From NCBI RefSeq assembly GCF_009914755.1, contig NC_060930.1: DNA of 64,000 nt; one strand, written 5' to 3'. The position numbers were made by a program, and so were the translations under genes. How positions within the stretch are numbered: position 1 is the first letter of the stretch; every line of letters begins with the position of its first letter. This DNA comes from the human T2T-CHM13v2.0 reference genome, Homo sapiens. Shown piece after piece: positions 11,661-25,884 of this stretch. A model generated the notes under the pieces. That model made no database searches. It was not told where the DNA came from and saw only the letters and a program-made list of their open reading frames with translations.

Positions 11661-13534
11661 AATAGGCCCATTAAACAGTAAATCTCAGGTCTGATGCCCA
11701 CACAGGGCATGAGCTTCAAGAGTTCACAAACCATTGTCTTTGACTGATGAATGCCTGTTTGTGGGTTCATCAGTCAATTCACGACTTGCAAGACTGCCCT
11801 CCAGAGCTGACACTTCACGGAGCTGTTTACTCACTGCTGGGTAACATTCCTTTGAACGTTCTTAGGCTCTTTACAAATGTTAATTTATTTATGTCCATAG
11901 CTCATGGTTAGGTAGACGGTAAATGTTCTTTCAGGTGATGAGCGTATTCAGCACCCAGAGAGGTGGAGGGGTGGGTTCAAAATCACACAGAAGCCCACTG
12001 GGGCTGACTGTATTTGTCATGAGGACCAGTATGTATCACCAGGAGTTAAAATGTCACTTTGTCACTCTTTCAAGCTAAATGTCAAGAAAGCAATTAGGGA
12101 TGACCCAAAGGCTTGGAGGCCGGGAACAGCCTAGCCATCCGGGAGGCCGCATGTGGCTCCCTGTGGCTGGTGCAGGCTTTAGGAAGGATGGTGAGAGGTG
12201 TGCTGGGAGGGCAGGTGTCACGGCTGCTTCGTGACACCTTACCTTACTTGCTTAGCTTACACCAAGTAAGGTGTGAGGTGACCACACCACGTTAGCAAAG
12301 ACAAAACAAAGATATCGGGGTTCTGTGATGCCAGCCAGGGAAACAGGTGGTGAATGCTCAGGAGCCCAGCCTGAGGCTGAGAGCCCAGCTGGGGACGCTG
12401 TGGGAGACAGCCTGGGGACAGAGAGGTATTGATCCAGAGGACAGACCTCCAGGGATAGAAAGGGCCTGACAATGGCCTGCTGGGACGTGGGTGAGGGAAG
12501 AGGTGAGGGGTGAAGGAAAGTGGTCATCTGCAAGCCAGAGGATACAGCAGGAGAAGGGGTCTGGAGAGAGAGACTGGGGTGCGCGCAGGACCTCCCATCT
12601 CTGGTCACTGCTGTGTCCTGCAGGCAGCTCAGCTTCTGGCTTCCCTGGGAAAGTGCCCCACAGCCATCTAGAAAAAAACGAATTATCTCCCCTCTTCATC
12701 GCTGCCTCCCCTCATAGGTGGGTTAGAATCACAGGACACCACAGCTGGAAGGAAGCTTAGCAACGGTTAAGTCAGCCCCTCTGTGGCAGAGAAGGGGACA
12801 CCCACGGTCACAAGGTCTGAGCTGTCTGTGGCAGAATCAAGACTCTCAGACCCAGAGTCCCAGGAGACAGCCAAGGACGTGTTCTCAATGCTTTGATGAC
12901 CTTCTCGTCACCAAGACACTCATGTCTGATTTCTCTCCCCGCGGACCCCATGTTTTAAAAGATTTTCATTCACCAAAACAACTGCATTTATTAAGTAATA
13001 ATTTATTCATTTTCCCATTTTTAAAATTAATCAAAGATACACATAACTGCCAGCCTGAGAGCCAGAGTCTCTGATCAGCAGGCAATAACCCTTATTACCA
13101 CCATGGGTTGATTTAATTTCTGCCAAAAGCAAAGACACTTGACATTTTAGACAGCCTGAACAGCTTCATTGTGCGAAAGTGGAGGTTTTCCATTACACTT
13201 AGTGAAATATTCAAAATAGCTCCCAGACCCTGGTCAATAATTCATGGCACCCTTGGCCTCCAGGGATCCCTGCTGGGAACCACCGCACCATATCATTTGT
13301 GCAGGAGGTAAGATGCAAAGGGAATCTCACTGTCCTAGAGTCTCAGCAGCAAACTGTTAAGGGATTTGTAGCCTGGATCCAGTCAGAAGCCTTGGACAAA
13401 CCACTCAGTCTTCCCTGAGCCTCAGGTTTCCCATCAGTAAGGTGGGAATAAGATATCAGTCAGGGTTCCTAGTTGCAAACAACAGAAATAAACTCTGCTT
13501 ATATTAAGGATAAAATAATGTATTAAAAGGATAC

Positions 13535-14073
13535 TGGGAAAAATAGCTTGGCAGTTCCTCCACAAGTTAAACATAGAATCACTATATGACCCAGCAATTC
13601 CATTCCTAGGTCTATATCCGACAGAATGGAAAATAGGTCTCCACACAAAAACTAGTACATGAATATTCATAGCAGCTCTATTCACAATCACCAAAAGCTG
13701 GACACAACCCACTGTCCATCAACAAATGAATGGGTAAAAAAAATGTAATATATCCATGCAGTGGGATATTGTTTGGCCATAGAAAGGACTGAAGCTCTGA
13801 CACATGTTACAACATGCATGGGCCTTGAAAACATTCAAGGAAAGAAGTCAGACCACAGAATGTATGGTTCCATTCATATCAAACACCCAGAAAGGGCAAA
13901 TCCATGGAGATGGAATGCACTCGTGGTTGCACGGGACCGTGTGGGGAAGGGAGGAATGAAAGCGGCTGCTTCCTGGGTACAGGGTTTCCATTTGGGTGAT
14001 GAAGTTCTAGAACTAGAGAGTGGTGATGGCTGCACAACATTGAGAAAGTATTTGATGTCACTGGATTGTACAC
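13535..14073 (+). mobile_element. L1MB-type 3' end fragment
   Basis: tatgacccagcaattccattcctaggt..., tgtccatcaacaaatgaatgg, ttctagaactagagagtggtgatggctgcacaaca. Confidence 0.85.
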
Positions 14074-15084
14074 ATGATGTCTGGCAAGTCGCAGAGCAGC
14101 TGGGTGTGTGGGAACCATGCCCGTGACTGGTCCTCAGGGATGCTGCTGCTGCAGCCGCTGAGGGTCCTAGTTGCTGGGTGCTGCACCTGCACTGCTGACC
14201 CAGGGTCTCCATGGCCTGCAGCTGTGCTAGCTGCCCGAGAGAGGGCCTTGGGGGCCCCTGAGACTCTGGGCAAATGCCTCTGATTGGCTGCCTCACATCC
14301 CAGCTTACACCGTAAGGACGGCTGAGAAAGCAAGTCCCTGGCATTTTTATCTTCTGCTGTGGGAGTCAGTCCCTGCCTCCCACTGAGACACAGGAGGGGG
14401 AATTCTCCTAAACACAGGAAGGCGGCAGAGAGGTGCTTCAGGACCACCAGCGTGTGCAGAGTTAATGACTGCTTCAAAGACAGAAGAGAACCTGTCTGAG
14501 GCGTGTGGTGCATGGGGGATGTGCAGGAAATGCTAAGACAGGGGCAGATCACAAAGTCTATATTGCTCTCTAAAGGTTCTTCATGGGTGGCAACTTTCCC
14601 TCCCCTCTTCAGCCTCCTCTGAACGCCCCCCACCACTGCCACCACACAAAAACTCATTAGTCAGAGACAGTTGCTCTCTCACCTTTCCTATCTAGATGTT
14701 TCTAAACTTTGAACAAGATGATAATCGCAGCTGCTCATTTGTCTAGCAGACACTAATCCTTGCCTCTGGGCTCTGTGATGTGCTTTGCAGTTTAGCACAA
14801 GGACCTTGCTGCTGTCCACTTAGAAACCCAGTAATGGTGAGATGGTGCTCAGGAGCGGGCTGGAGCTGTGGGGACCTGGTCTGCCCTCTGCGCCAGGTGA
14901 CAAAGCCCCTGTCTTCTGTTTGGCCACGATCCCCATGGTACCATTCACAGCCCCTCCCAGCTGGGTGTGAGGGTGGGGCGCTTTGGAAGGTCTTGCCTCT
15001 AATCTCCTATACAGACAATTCCAGAAGTAAATAGAAGCAAAATAGGATGCGAGTTAGGTTTTGTTTTGTTTTTTTGTTTTTAAG

Positions 15085-15675
15085 GGGTAAATCTTGATAT
15101 AATTTTAAAATTTCACAGAAGTTGCAAATGTAGTACAAAGAGCTCCCATATACCGTTCACCCGGATTCAACGATGGTTTAACATTTTATGCCATTTGCTT
15201 TTTCACTTCTCTCTTCCTCCTCCTCCCTTTTCTCTCCTTCTCCCTCCCCCCACAGACTCTGCCATTTTACCTCTAAATGCTCCAGTGTGTATTTCCCAAA
15301 AACAAATACCATCTTGTACATGATCACAGTGTAATTATCAAAATCCGGAGACTTAACACTGATACAATATTATTACCTTAATCCTCAGCCCATAATCAAA
15401 GCTCACCAATTGCCCAATAATGCCCACTATAGCTTTTTGGAGATTTTCAAGATGTCGATTTCTAGTTTAATTTCACTGTGGTCAGAGAACATGCTCCCCA
15501 AAATGTCAACCTTTTGAGATTTACTACATCTAATTCTCTGGTTCCTCCCTTGTCTCCCCAGCACTCCAGCTGGCTCCTTCTGGAAGTTTCCCTGGACTCT
15601 CTGCCACTCAGGCATAGCTGAGAGGTCAGTTGAAGACCTGGGGGAATTTCTACACAGGTTTTAGGGCTCCCCCCT
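15085..15675 (-). mobile_element. Old L1M fragments (L1MC-type 3' UTR and ORF2 pieces)
   Basis: aattttaaaatttcacagaagttgcaaat..tagtaca; reverse ORF 15427-15615 'SMFSDHSEIKLEI' is L1 ORF2-like. Confidence 0.65.
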
Positions 15676-15685
15676 TGCTCCTTTC

Positions 15686-16116
15686 TTTTTTTTAAGTCTT
15701 TTCATTTTTATTACTCAAAAAGTTTCATTTTTTATTTAGCTTTCTGACCCCGTGCATGTGCCTTCAACACTTTCACAACAATTTTCTGCTCCTCGATAAG
15801 GAAAGCGCCCTTGATCCTGTCACAGACACATTTAGCACACATCAAACCACCACAGGCCCTGCGGACATGTTTCCTTGTGTTGGACAATCTCATAAGAACT
15901 TTAGGTCTTACAGCAAGAACCCCTCGAAGTCTGCCTGGGCACACGCCACATGCAGATTTTGGTGCTTTCCCAACCTTCTTGGTATAAAGGTAAACAATTC
16001 CATTACCAGGGGTTCGGGGGAGCCTAGTTTTGTTAAAGGCTGTATTTCAGGAAAGCCTACGACAGTATGTCAAACGCCGGACCATTCTGAGTGCCTGCAG
16101 ACAACATCCCTGGAAG
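15686..16116 (-). pseudogene. RPL34: Processed pseudogene of 60S ribosomal protein L34
   Basis: ATG 16085 to TAA 15732 = 354 nt (117 codons plus stop, the native length). Translation [42 protein letters not shown]. Intronless, with 5' UTR, 3' UTR AATAAA and short A tail; TSD tgctcc(t/c)ttc at 15676-15685 / 16117-16126. Confidence 0.97.
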
Positions 16117-16313
16117 TGCTCCCTTCCTCCTTTCCGCCTGGCGTTTCCCCCCTCATTTTCCAGCCATTTAGGAATCGCTTCTCATCCGCTGAGCCCTCAA
16201 GGCAGTGAGAGAGGCTGTACTTTCTGTATCAGCCCCAGCTGGAAAGCCAGGCAAACCCTCATCCCTTACAGATGGACACTCTTCCGGTTTCTGCCTGTTC
16301 TTAACCACTTTCC

Positions 16314-16456
16314 AATAGTTCTTTAAGAAACTTTAAATAGTTTCTTAACTATTTGAAGAACTATTTAAAGAAGAACTATTTATTAAATAGTTTATTATCT
16401 ATTTGAAGAACTATTCAACTGAAGAACTATTTGCCTTCAAATAGTTCTTTAAGAAA
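16314..16456. repeat. Short patchwork of direct and inverted copies of a TTCAAATAGTTCTT motif
   Basis: 17-bp direct repeat AATAGTTCTTTAAGAAA at 16314-16330 and 16440-16456 enclosing several GAAGAACTATT(T) (reverse-complement) copies. Confidence 0.85.
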
Positions 16457-16484
16457 ACATTTTTTTGTCCAGAGTTTATACATC

Positions 16485-16486
<2 letters not shown>

Positions 16487-16529
<43 letters not shown>
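16487..16529. repeat. (CA)n microsatellite
   Basis: About 21 perfect CA units. Confidence 0.95.
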
Positions 16530-16533
<4 letters not shown>

Positions 16534-16959
16534 ACAGACACATATAATTAGGAATGCATCTTGTTTGTGTCTCATTCCGTAATATGTTACTATCACTCAA
16601 AATAGTACAAACTCGACCCTAATATGACAACTTTTAATTTTGGTTGGATTCACCAGATTCAATTGTTTATTTATCTGATTTCATTATATCATGATTTCTC
16701 CTTAACATTCATGAAAAGGTCTTTTGGGGACTTAATGTAAGTGACAACAGAATTCAGTGTGATGAAACCAAACATATATGAAATGAACCAGATGCCATAT
16801 GGTTAAACCTATGAATATGTCAACCAGCAATTCACTGGCGCATAAATGTGCAAATGAGGAAACGTTCAAACACTTCAGCTTGTATTTTACAAAACAGTGT
16901 TTAAATATTTGACATAGTTTAGTAATATTTTAGAAAAATGGCCTACCTAGTCTGGATGA

Positions 16960-17745
16960 TGTATGCGTTTGCTGGGGTTACTATAAGGAAGTTACACACA
17001 CTGAGGGCATAAACAGCAGAAGGTTATTGCTGCGTAGTCATGGAGCCTGTGAGTCCAGGATCAAAGTGTCAGGTTTGGATTCTCCTGCAGCCTCTCTCCT
17101 TGGCTTGCAGACTTCCCTCTCTATGTGTCTGTATCCCAATTGCCTCTTTTTTTAACGTTTATTTTAAGTTCATGGGTACAAATGCAGGTTTGTCACATAG
17201 GTAAACTTGTATCATGGGGGTTTGTTGTACAGATTATTTCATCACCCAGGTATATTAAGCCTACTTCCCATTCATTATCTTTCCTGATCCTCTCCCTCCT
17301 CCCACCCTCCACTCTCTGATAGGCCCCAGTGTGCGTTATTCCCCTCTATGTATCCACGTGTTCTCATCATTTAGCTCCCACTTACAAGTGAGAATATGTG
17401 GTATTTGGTTTTCTGTTCCTGTGTTTGTTCGCTTAGGATAACGGCCTCCAGCTCCATCCATGTTCCTGCAAAGGACATGATCTTGTTCTTTTTATGGCTG
17501 CATAGTATTCCATGGTGTCTGTGTACCACATTTTCTTTATCCGGTCTACCATTAATGAGCATTTAGGTTGATTCCATGTCTTTGCTATTGTGAATAGTGC
17601 TGCAATGAATATACACATGCACACAAATGACTTTAGATTAGGACAGACCCTCATGGCCTCATTTTAACTTAACCACCCCTGTAAAGACTTCAGAAGATCA
17701 GGACTTCAACAGTGAATTTGGGGGGACACAACCCAACCCATAACA
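16960..17745 (-). mobile_element. MLT1A/B-type solo LTR interrupted by L1PA
   Basis: MLT1 reverse text at 16960-17146 resuming at ~17625-17745 (ggggggacacaacccaacccataaca). Confidence 0.7.
17147..17622 (-). mobile_element. L1PA (older, ~PA8-13) 3' end fragment
   Basis: ttttaagttcatgggtacaaatgcaggtttg..., ORF2 tail in reverse ORFs 17371-17562 and 17433-17654. Confidence 0.9.
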
Positions 17746-18066
17746 GATGGACAGTCTCTCCCCCTGCCTGCCTTTGGTATATTAACTCATATTTTACCTA
17801 AGAGTAGAGTGGACTCTATCTTAGGAAGGGTGGAAGCTGTGCCCTGGAGAGCCAAACCCTGACCAGAAAACCCATTCAGAGGTGCTGGAGATTCTAGGGG
17901 TGCTCCTCACACCCTGTGTCCGGGTGATTCCCTTGCTCCAGGAGGCAGAGGTGCAGGATGAACTCTGGCGTGCTTCCATGCACTGTCTCTTAGGACCGGC
18001 TCATTCTTAATCTGACCAGCATCTGCTTTACATTTGTTTTTTCTACTTAAAAATATTAGCAGTCAT

Positions 18067-18322
18067 GGTCAGGTGCAGTGGCTTATGCCTGTAATCCCAG
18101 CACTTTGGGAGGCCAAGGTAGGGAGATCACTTGAGGTCAGGTGTTTTGAGACCAGCCTGGCCAACATGGAGAAACCCCATCTCTACTAAAACTACAAAAA
18201 TTAGCTGGACATGGTGGCAGGTGCCTGCAATCCCAGCTACTCAAGTTGCAGTGAGCCAAGATCATGCCATTGCACTCCAGCCTGGGTGACAGAGGGAGAC
18301 TCTGTGTCAAAAAAAAAAAAAA
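18067..18322 (+). mobile_element. AluS with internal deletion in right arm
   Basis: Alu left arm and linker; right arm jumps from cccagctactcaag to ttgcagtgagc; poly(A). Confidence 0.9.
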
Positions 18323-18451
18323 TTGTAATCATGGACATGGTAACCAATCAAATGCCACAAAAGAACTTATAATGAAAAGACCCCATATTCCATCATTAAA
18401 AAATTACATAGTGGGATGTATTTAATGTGGCATACATTTGAATGAACTCTC

Positions 18452-20070
<1,619 letters not shown>

Positions 20071-21056
20071 GCCACATTCCATCATTTTAATCAGTCCCTG
20101 GCAAATACTTACAACTCATTTGCCCTGCTTGTCGCTCTCATGCTTGCCTGGAAAAATCCCTCCCCTGGTGTCTGCATCTCTGCACCCACCCACACGTGTG
20201 AACCCAAACAGCCTGGAGACAAAGCCCAACCAGTGCCAATGGGTGTCACTCTGCGTTGCTGACTGGACCTCAGTGGCCCCTAATTATTGCCAGCCAATCC
20301 CACTGCAGTTTATTAATCAGCTGGCTCCTCCTTTTCCTGGATACCAGCTCATACTCCTCTGTCCTGGAGCCTCCAATGCTCCTTCCTCCTGCTCTCACTC
20401 GAGGGGAGCTGGGTCCCATTCCCAACTTACCTGGGACATGGAAGCTGTCAGAAGAGAGTGCCTTTATGCTCCCGTACCTCACCTCCCGTTTCCTACACAA
20501 GTCACTGGGTGTCTACCACAGCTTGTGTCCCCCTTCGTCTATTCCAGGATTTCACTCAGCCCTTATCCATTTTAATAAGTCTGATATGTCCACACTTTGA
20601 AACTGCTTGGCCTAAAGAGGGTGAGGCTGTGCTTTGATGCCATGAGAATTTCCTGAGCAGCCTTCTCCCGCCTCCTGTGGGGTCTGCAAGGGAAACCTGA
20701 GCAGGAAACCCCAGGCACCAGAGGGACGTTCAGCAGCCACTTTCAGTAAAATGCCATTGCCTAACAGCTTAATTACGAGCTGAAATGAAAAAAACAAATA
20801 AACAAATAAAACCCTAACCTCCTTTTCTATGCTTAATTCCATTCCTAGTGACCTTCTTTGATGGAAATAGAGAAATTCTGTTGTTGTATTGAAGAAGTAT
20901 CAAATTTCCCACATGTGCATTTCAGCTTCTCAGAACTCATGGTTGCCATGGGCTGTGGTGCAAGCTTATCTGCCCCTGGCCCACACAATGTCCAATGTCA
21001 TGTCATGGGACCCCTGCCACTTTGTGACATAAAATGTAAGAACATTGAATGCTACT

Positions 21057-21560
<504 letters not shown>

Positions 21561-21574
21561 TCAAGGTTAACTTA

Positions 21575-22405
21575 GGTCATTCAGTGTGTTTTGACTGAGA
21601 GTTTATCACATATTGGGTGCAGTCCTAGGCAAGTGAAGGTAGTGTCACTGTCAACAAGGATGTCACAGCCCTGCCCTCATGTTGCTTATATGCCAGTGGG
21701 AGGGAAACATGAAGACAGATAAGCAGGCAAATAACTATGTGCAATTGTAGTGGGGGCTGTGAAGAAAATGAGCATAGGCCTGAACCAGAGTGGCAGTGGT
21801 TGCATTTTAGGGGTATTGGTCAGGAGAGTGTCTCCGGAGGTTGACATTGAAGCTGAGACCCAGTGGATGAGAAGGGGCCACTTGAGTGGAAGACATCATC
21901 CTGGCCAAGGGCAGACCCAGAACAAAGACCCGAGATGAGGCAGAGATGGGTGATTATGAAACAGAAGACCCATCAGTGTGGCCCCTGGAGCAGAGGGACC
22001 AGGGAGAGGCAATGCAATGAAGCTGGGGAGAAGGGCCTTGCAGCCAGATGAGGAGTCTGGATTTCAATCTCAGAGAAATGGGAAGCCCTTGGAAGGTTTG
22101 AGAAAGAGTGAGCCATTGTCTGATTTGTCATCTAAGCAGTTTAGTCTTGCTGCTTTGTGTGAATGGATTCAAGGGGGTAAAAGTGGACATGGGAGACCAG
22201 CTGGAGGAGGCTGTAGTCATGGGGGTTGGAGGTCAGGGTGACTGGGACTAGGGAGGGAGAAGAGGACGGAGTTGAGATGGGTTGATTGGATGCAAAGAAT
22301 AAGGGAGGGGTGGCATCAAGTATGGCAACTGTGTTTTAGGGCCCATGGATCTTGGTGTCTGGCAGAAAAAGCTGGAGGTGCATGAGTTTTAGGGGTGGGA
22401 GTGGA
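21575..22405 (-). mobile_element. L2 fragment (resumes at ~25010-25160)
   Basis: cagccctgccctcatg.., gacattgaagctgagacc, aatgggaagccc..ggaaggtttg typical of reverse L2. Confidence 0.7.
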
Positions 22406-22409
22406 GGTG

Positions 22410-22699
22410 ATGTTAAAGAAAAATTACACTAGACAGAGTTTAACAGGCCAGGAAGACTTTATTCCAGACTATCGCAATAGGAAAGGAGACTGAACTCAAG
22501 TCCAAATGCAACAGGGGCAGCCATGGATTTATGGCCAGCAGACAGGGTGAGGGGTCACTGGGCAGAAAATTACCAAAAGGAACTTGGTTAGGCATCAAGA
22601 GTGGGGAGAGTCTCACCAATCTGGGCTTGGCAGGCTGAGGATGAGGCCTAATCTAGAAGAGAGCTGAGTAGGGCCTGACTCAGGTTTCACCAAGGAGGG
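22410..22699. mobile_element. ERV1/MER4-group LTR fragment (host of THE1A; remainder at ~24981-24995)
   Basis: Begins tgttaaagaaaaat..acagagtttaac..gactttattc; family assignment uncertain. Confidence 0.5.
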
Positions 22700-24980
22700 G
22701 GTGTTAGTTCGTTTTCATGCTGCTGATAAAGACATACCCAAGACTGGGAAGAAAAAGAGGTTTAATTGGACTTACAGTTCCACATGGCCAGGGAGGCCTC
22801 AGAATCATGGGAGGAGGCGAAAGGCACTTCTTACATGGCAGCAGCAAGAGAAAATGAGGAAGAAGCAAAAGCAGAAACCCATGATAAACCCATCAGATCT
22901 TGTGAGACTTATTCACCATCAGGAGAATAGCATGGGAAAGACCAGGCCCCATGATTCAATTACCTCCCCCTGGGACCCTCCCACAACATGTGGGAATTCT
23001 GGAAGATACAATTCAAGTTGAGGATTTGGGTGGGGACACAGCTAAACCATATCATTCTACCCCTGGCCTCTCCAAATCTCATGTCCTCACATTTCAAAAC
23101 CAGTCATGCCTTCCCATCAGTCACCCAAAGTTTTAATTCATTTCAGCATTAACCCAAAAGTCCACAGTCCAAAGTCTCATCTGAGACAAGTCAAGTCTTT
23201 TCCACCTATGAGCCTGTAAAATCAAAAGCAAGCTAGTTACTTCCTAGATACAATGTGGGTACAATTAATTGGTAAATACAGCCATTCCAAATGGGAGAAA
23301 TTGGCCAAAACAAAGTTACACGCCCTATGCAAGTTCAAAATCCAGCAGGACAGTCAAATTTTAAAGCTCCAAAATGATCTCCTTTGACTTCAGGTCTCAC
23401 ATCCAGGTCACTCTGATGCAATAAATGGGTTCCCATGGTATTGGGCAGCTCCGCCCCTGTGGCTTTGCAAGGTATAGCCTCCCTCCTGGCTGCTTTCACA
23501 GGCTGGCGTTGAGTGTCTGCAGCTTTTCCAGGCAAATGGTGCAAGCTGTTGGTGGATCTACCATTCTGGGGTCTGGAGGATGGTGTCCCTCTTCTCACAG
23601 CTCCACTAGCCATGCCCCAGTAGGGACTCTGTGTGGGGGTTTCAACCCCACATTTCCCTTCTGCACTGCCCTAGCAAAGTTCTCCATGAGGGCCCTGCCC
23701 CTGCAGCAAACTTTTGCCTGGGCATCCAGGCGTTTCCATACATCTTCTGAAATCGAGACAGAGGTTCCCAAACCTCAATTCTTGACTTCTGTGCATCCAC
23801 AGGCTCAACACCACATGGAAGTTGCCAAGGTTTGGGGCTTCCATCCTCTGAAGCCACAAGTTGAGCTCTACGTTGGGCCCTTTAATCCACAGCTGGAGAG
23901 GCTGGGACACAGGGCACCAAGTCCCTAGGTTGCACACAGCACAGGGACCCTGGGGCCAGCCCATGAAACCACTTTTTCCTCCTGGGCCTCCAGGCCTGTG
24001 ATGGGAGAGGCTGTCCTGAAGGTCTCTGACATGCCCTGGAGACATTTTCCCCATGGTCTTGGGGATTAACATTAGGCTTCTTGCTACTTATGCAAATTTC
24101 TGCAGCCAGCTTGAATTTCTCCTAAGAAAATGGGTTTTTCTTTTCTATTGCATCATCAGGCTGCAAGTTTTCTGAACTTTTATGCTCTGTTTCCCTTTTA
24201 AAACAGAATGCCTTTAACAGCACCCAAGTCACCTTTTGAATGCTTTGCTGCTTAGAAGTTTCTTCTGCCAGATACCCTAAATCATCTCTCTCAAGTTCAA
24301 AGTTCCACAAATCTCTAGGGCAGGGGCAAAATGCTGCCAGTCTCTTTGCTAAAAGATAACAAGGGTCACATTTGCTCCAGTTCCCAACAAGTTCCTCATC
24401 TCCATCTGAGACCACCTCAGCCTGGACCTTATTGTCCATATCACTATCAGCTTTTTTGCCAAAGCCATTCAACAAGTCTCTAGGAGTTCCAAACTTTCCC
24501 ACATTTTCCTATCTTCTTCTGAGCCCTCCAAACTGTTCCAACCATTTGCCTATTACTCAGATCCAAAGTCGCTTCCACATTTTAGGATTATCTTTTCAGC
24601 AGCACCACACTCTGCTGGTACCAGTTTACTGTATTAGTCCGTTTTCGCACTGATAAAGACGTACCCGAGACTGGGAAGAAAAAGAGGTTTAATTTGACTT
24701 ACAGTTTTACATGGTTGGAGAGGCCTCAGAATCATGGTGGAAGGCAAAATTTACTCCTTACATGGCAGTGGCAAGAGAAAATGAGGAAGAAGTGAAAGCA
24801 GAAACCCCTGATAAACCCATCAGATCTTGTGAGACTTATTCACTATCACGAGAATAGCATGGGAAAGACCGACCCCCATGATTCAGTTACTTCCCCCTGG
24901 GTCCCTCCCACAACACATGGGAATTCTGAGAGATACAATTCAAGTTGGGATTTGGGTGGGGACACAGCCAAACCATATCA
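22700..24980 (-). mobile_element. Full-length THE1A MaLR provirus (3' LTR 22700-23054, internal 23055-24629, 5' LTR 24630-24980)
   Basis: Two ~350-bp homologous LTRs around ~1.58 kb THE1-int; 5-bp TSD GAGGG (22695-22699 / 24981-24985). Confidence 0.93.
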
Positions 24981-25254
24981 GAGGGTATCCTTGTAAATGA
25001 AAAGGGGAGGACTTAGGCTCTTGTTGGGTGTAATAAGTTTGAGATGTCCAAGAATAGATGTTGAGTACATGCCTCAAAATGTAAATCTGGAGCTCAGGGG
25101 ACAGTTCTGGGTGGGATATACAAATTTGATCATGACTATAAAGATGGTTTGGGGAAGCTATGACCACCACTGAGCTCTCAGACCTGTGATGTAGAGTCTG
25201 ACAGGCCAATGCCAGCCAGAGCTTCTAAATCCTGTATGGAATAATTAAGTACAT

Positions 25255-25658
25255 AGCTATGGCTTGAATGTGTTCCCCAAAGTTCATGTGTTGGAAACTT
25301 AATCCCCAGTGCAATGATATTGAAAGGTGGGACCTTTAATAGGTGATTAGGTCATGAGGGCTCTGCCTTCGTGGATGGATTAATGCCATTTTCAGGGGGG
25401 GTGGGTTAGTTATCTCAAAAATGGGTTCCTGATAAGAGGATAAGTCTGGCTCTTTTCCCTTCTCTCCCTCTCTCTCCCTTTCTCCCACCATGTGATGCCT
25501 TCAACCATGGGATGACATAGCAAGAAGGCTCTCCCTAGATGCCAGCACCTTGATATTAGACTTCCCAGCCTGCAGAACTGTGAGAAATAAATTTCTTTTC
25601 TTTATAAATTACCCAGTCTCTGGTATTCTGTCATGGCAGCACGAAACAGACTAAGACA
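25255..25658 (+). mobile_element. MSTD-like solo LTR
   Basis: gctatggcttgaatgtgttccccaaagttcatgtgttggaaacttaatcccc...cagactaagaca. Confidence 0.85.
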
Positions 25659-25884
25659 CATACCGAACAGGTTTTAGTCCCCCACCGCAGAGGAAGCAGG
25701 GCCCAGTCATTCTCCTGCCTCAGACTCAGAGTCCTTATCACATGAAGGCAGGTAGAGACTTACTAAGGACTGGCTTCTTATAAAGAAAGAAAATTCTCTT
25801 GCCCCTCCTGGGTGTTAACTGAATGAGAATATTTCTATTGTAGTGATGCTTAAATATATGTAATTATATAATTAAGTATAAATG

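Noticed and set aside
14058-14657. 199-aa minus-strand ORF
   Set aside because: Overlaps probable old LTR-derived sequence; no domain or codon-level signal.
16314-16456. CRISPR-like repeat/spacer array
   Set aside because: Eukaryotic DNA; repeats are short, in both orientations, lack unique spacers and have no cas genes nearby.
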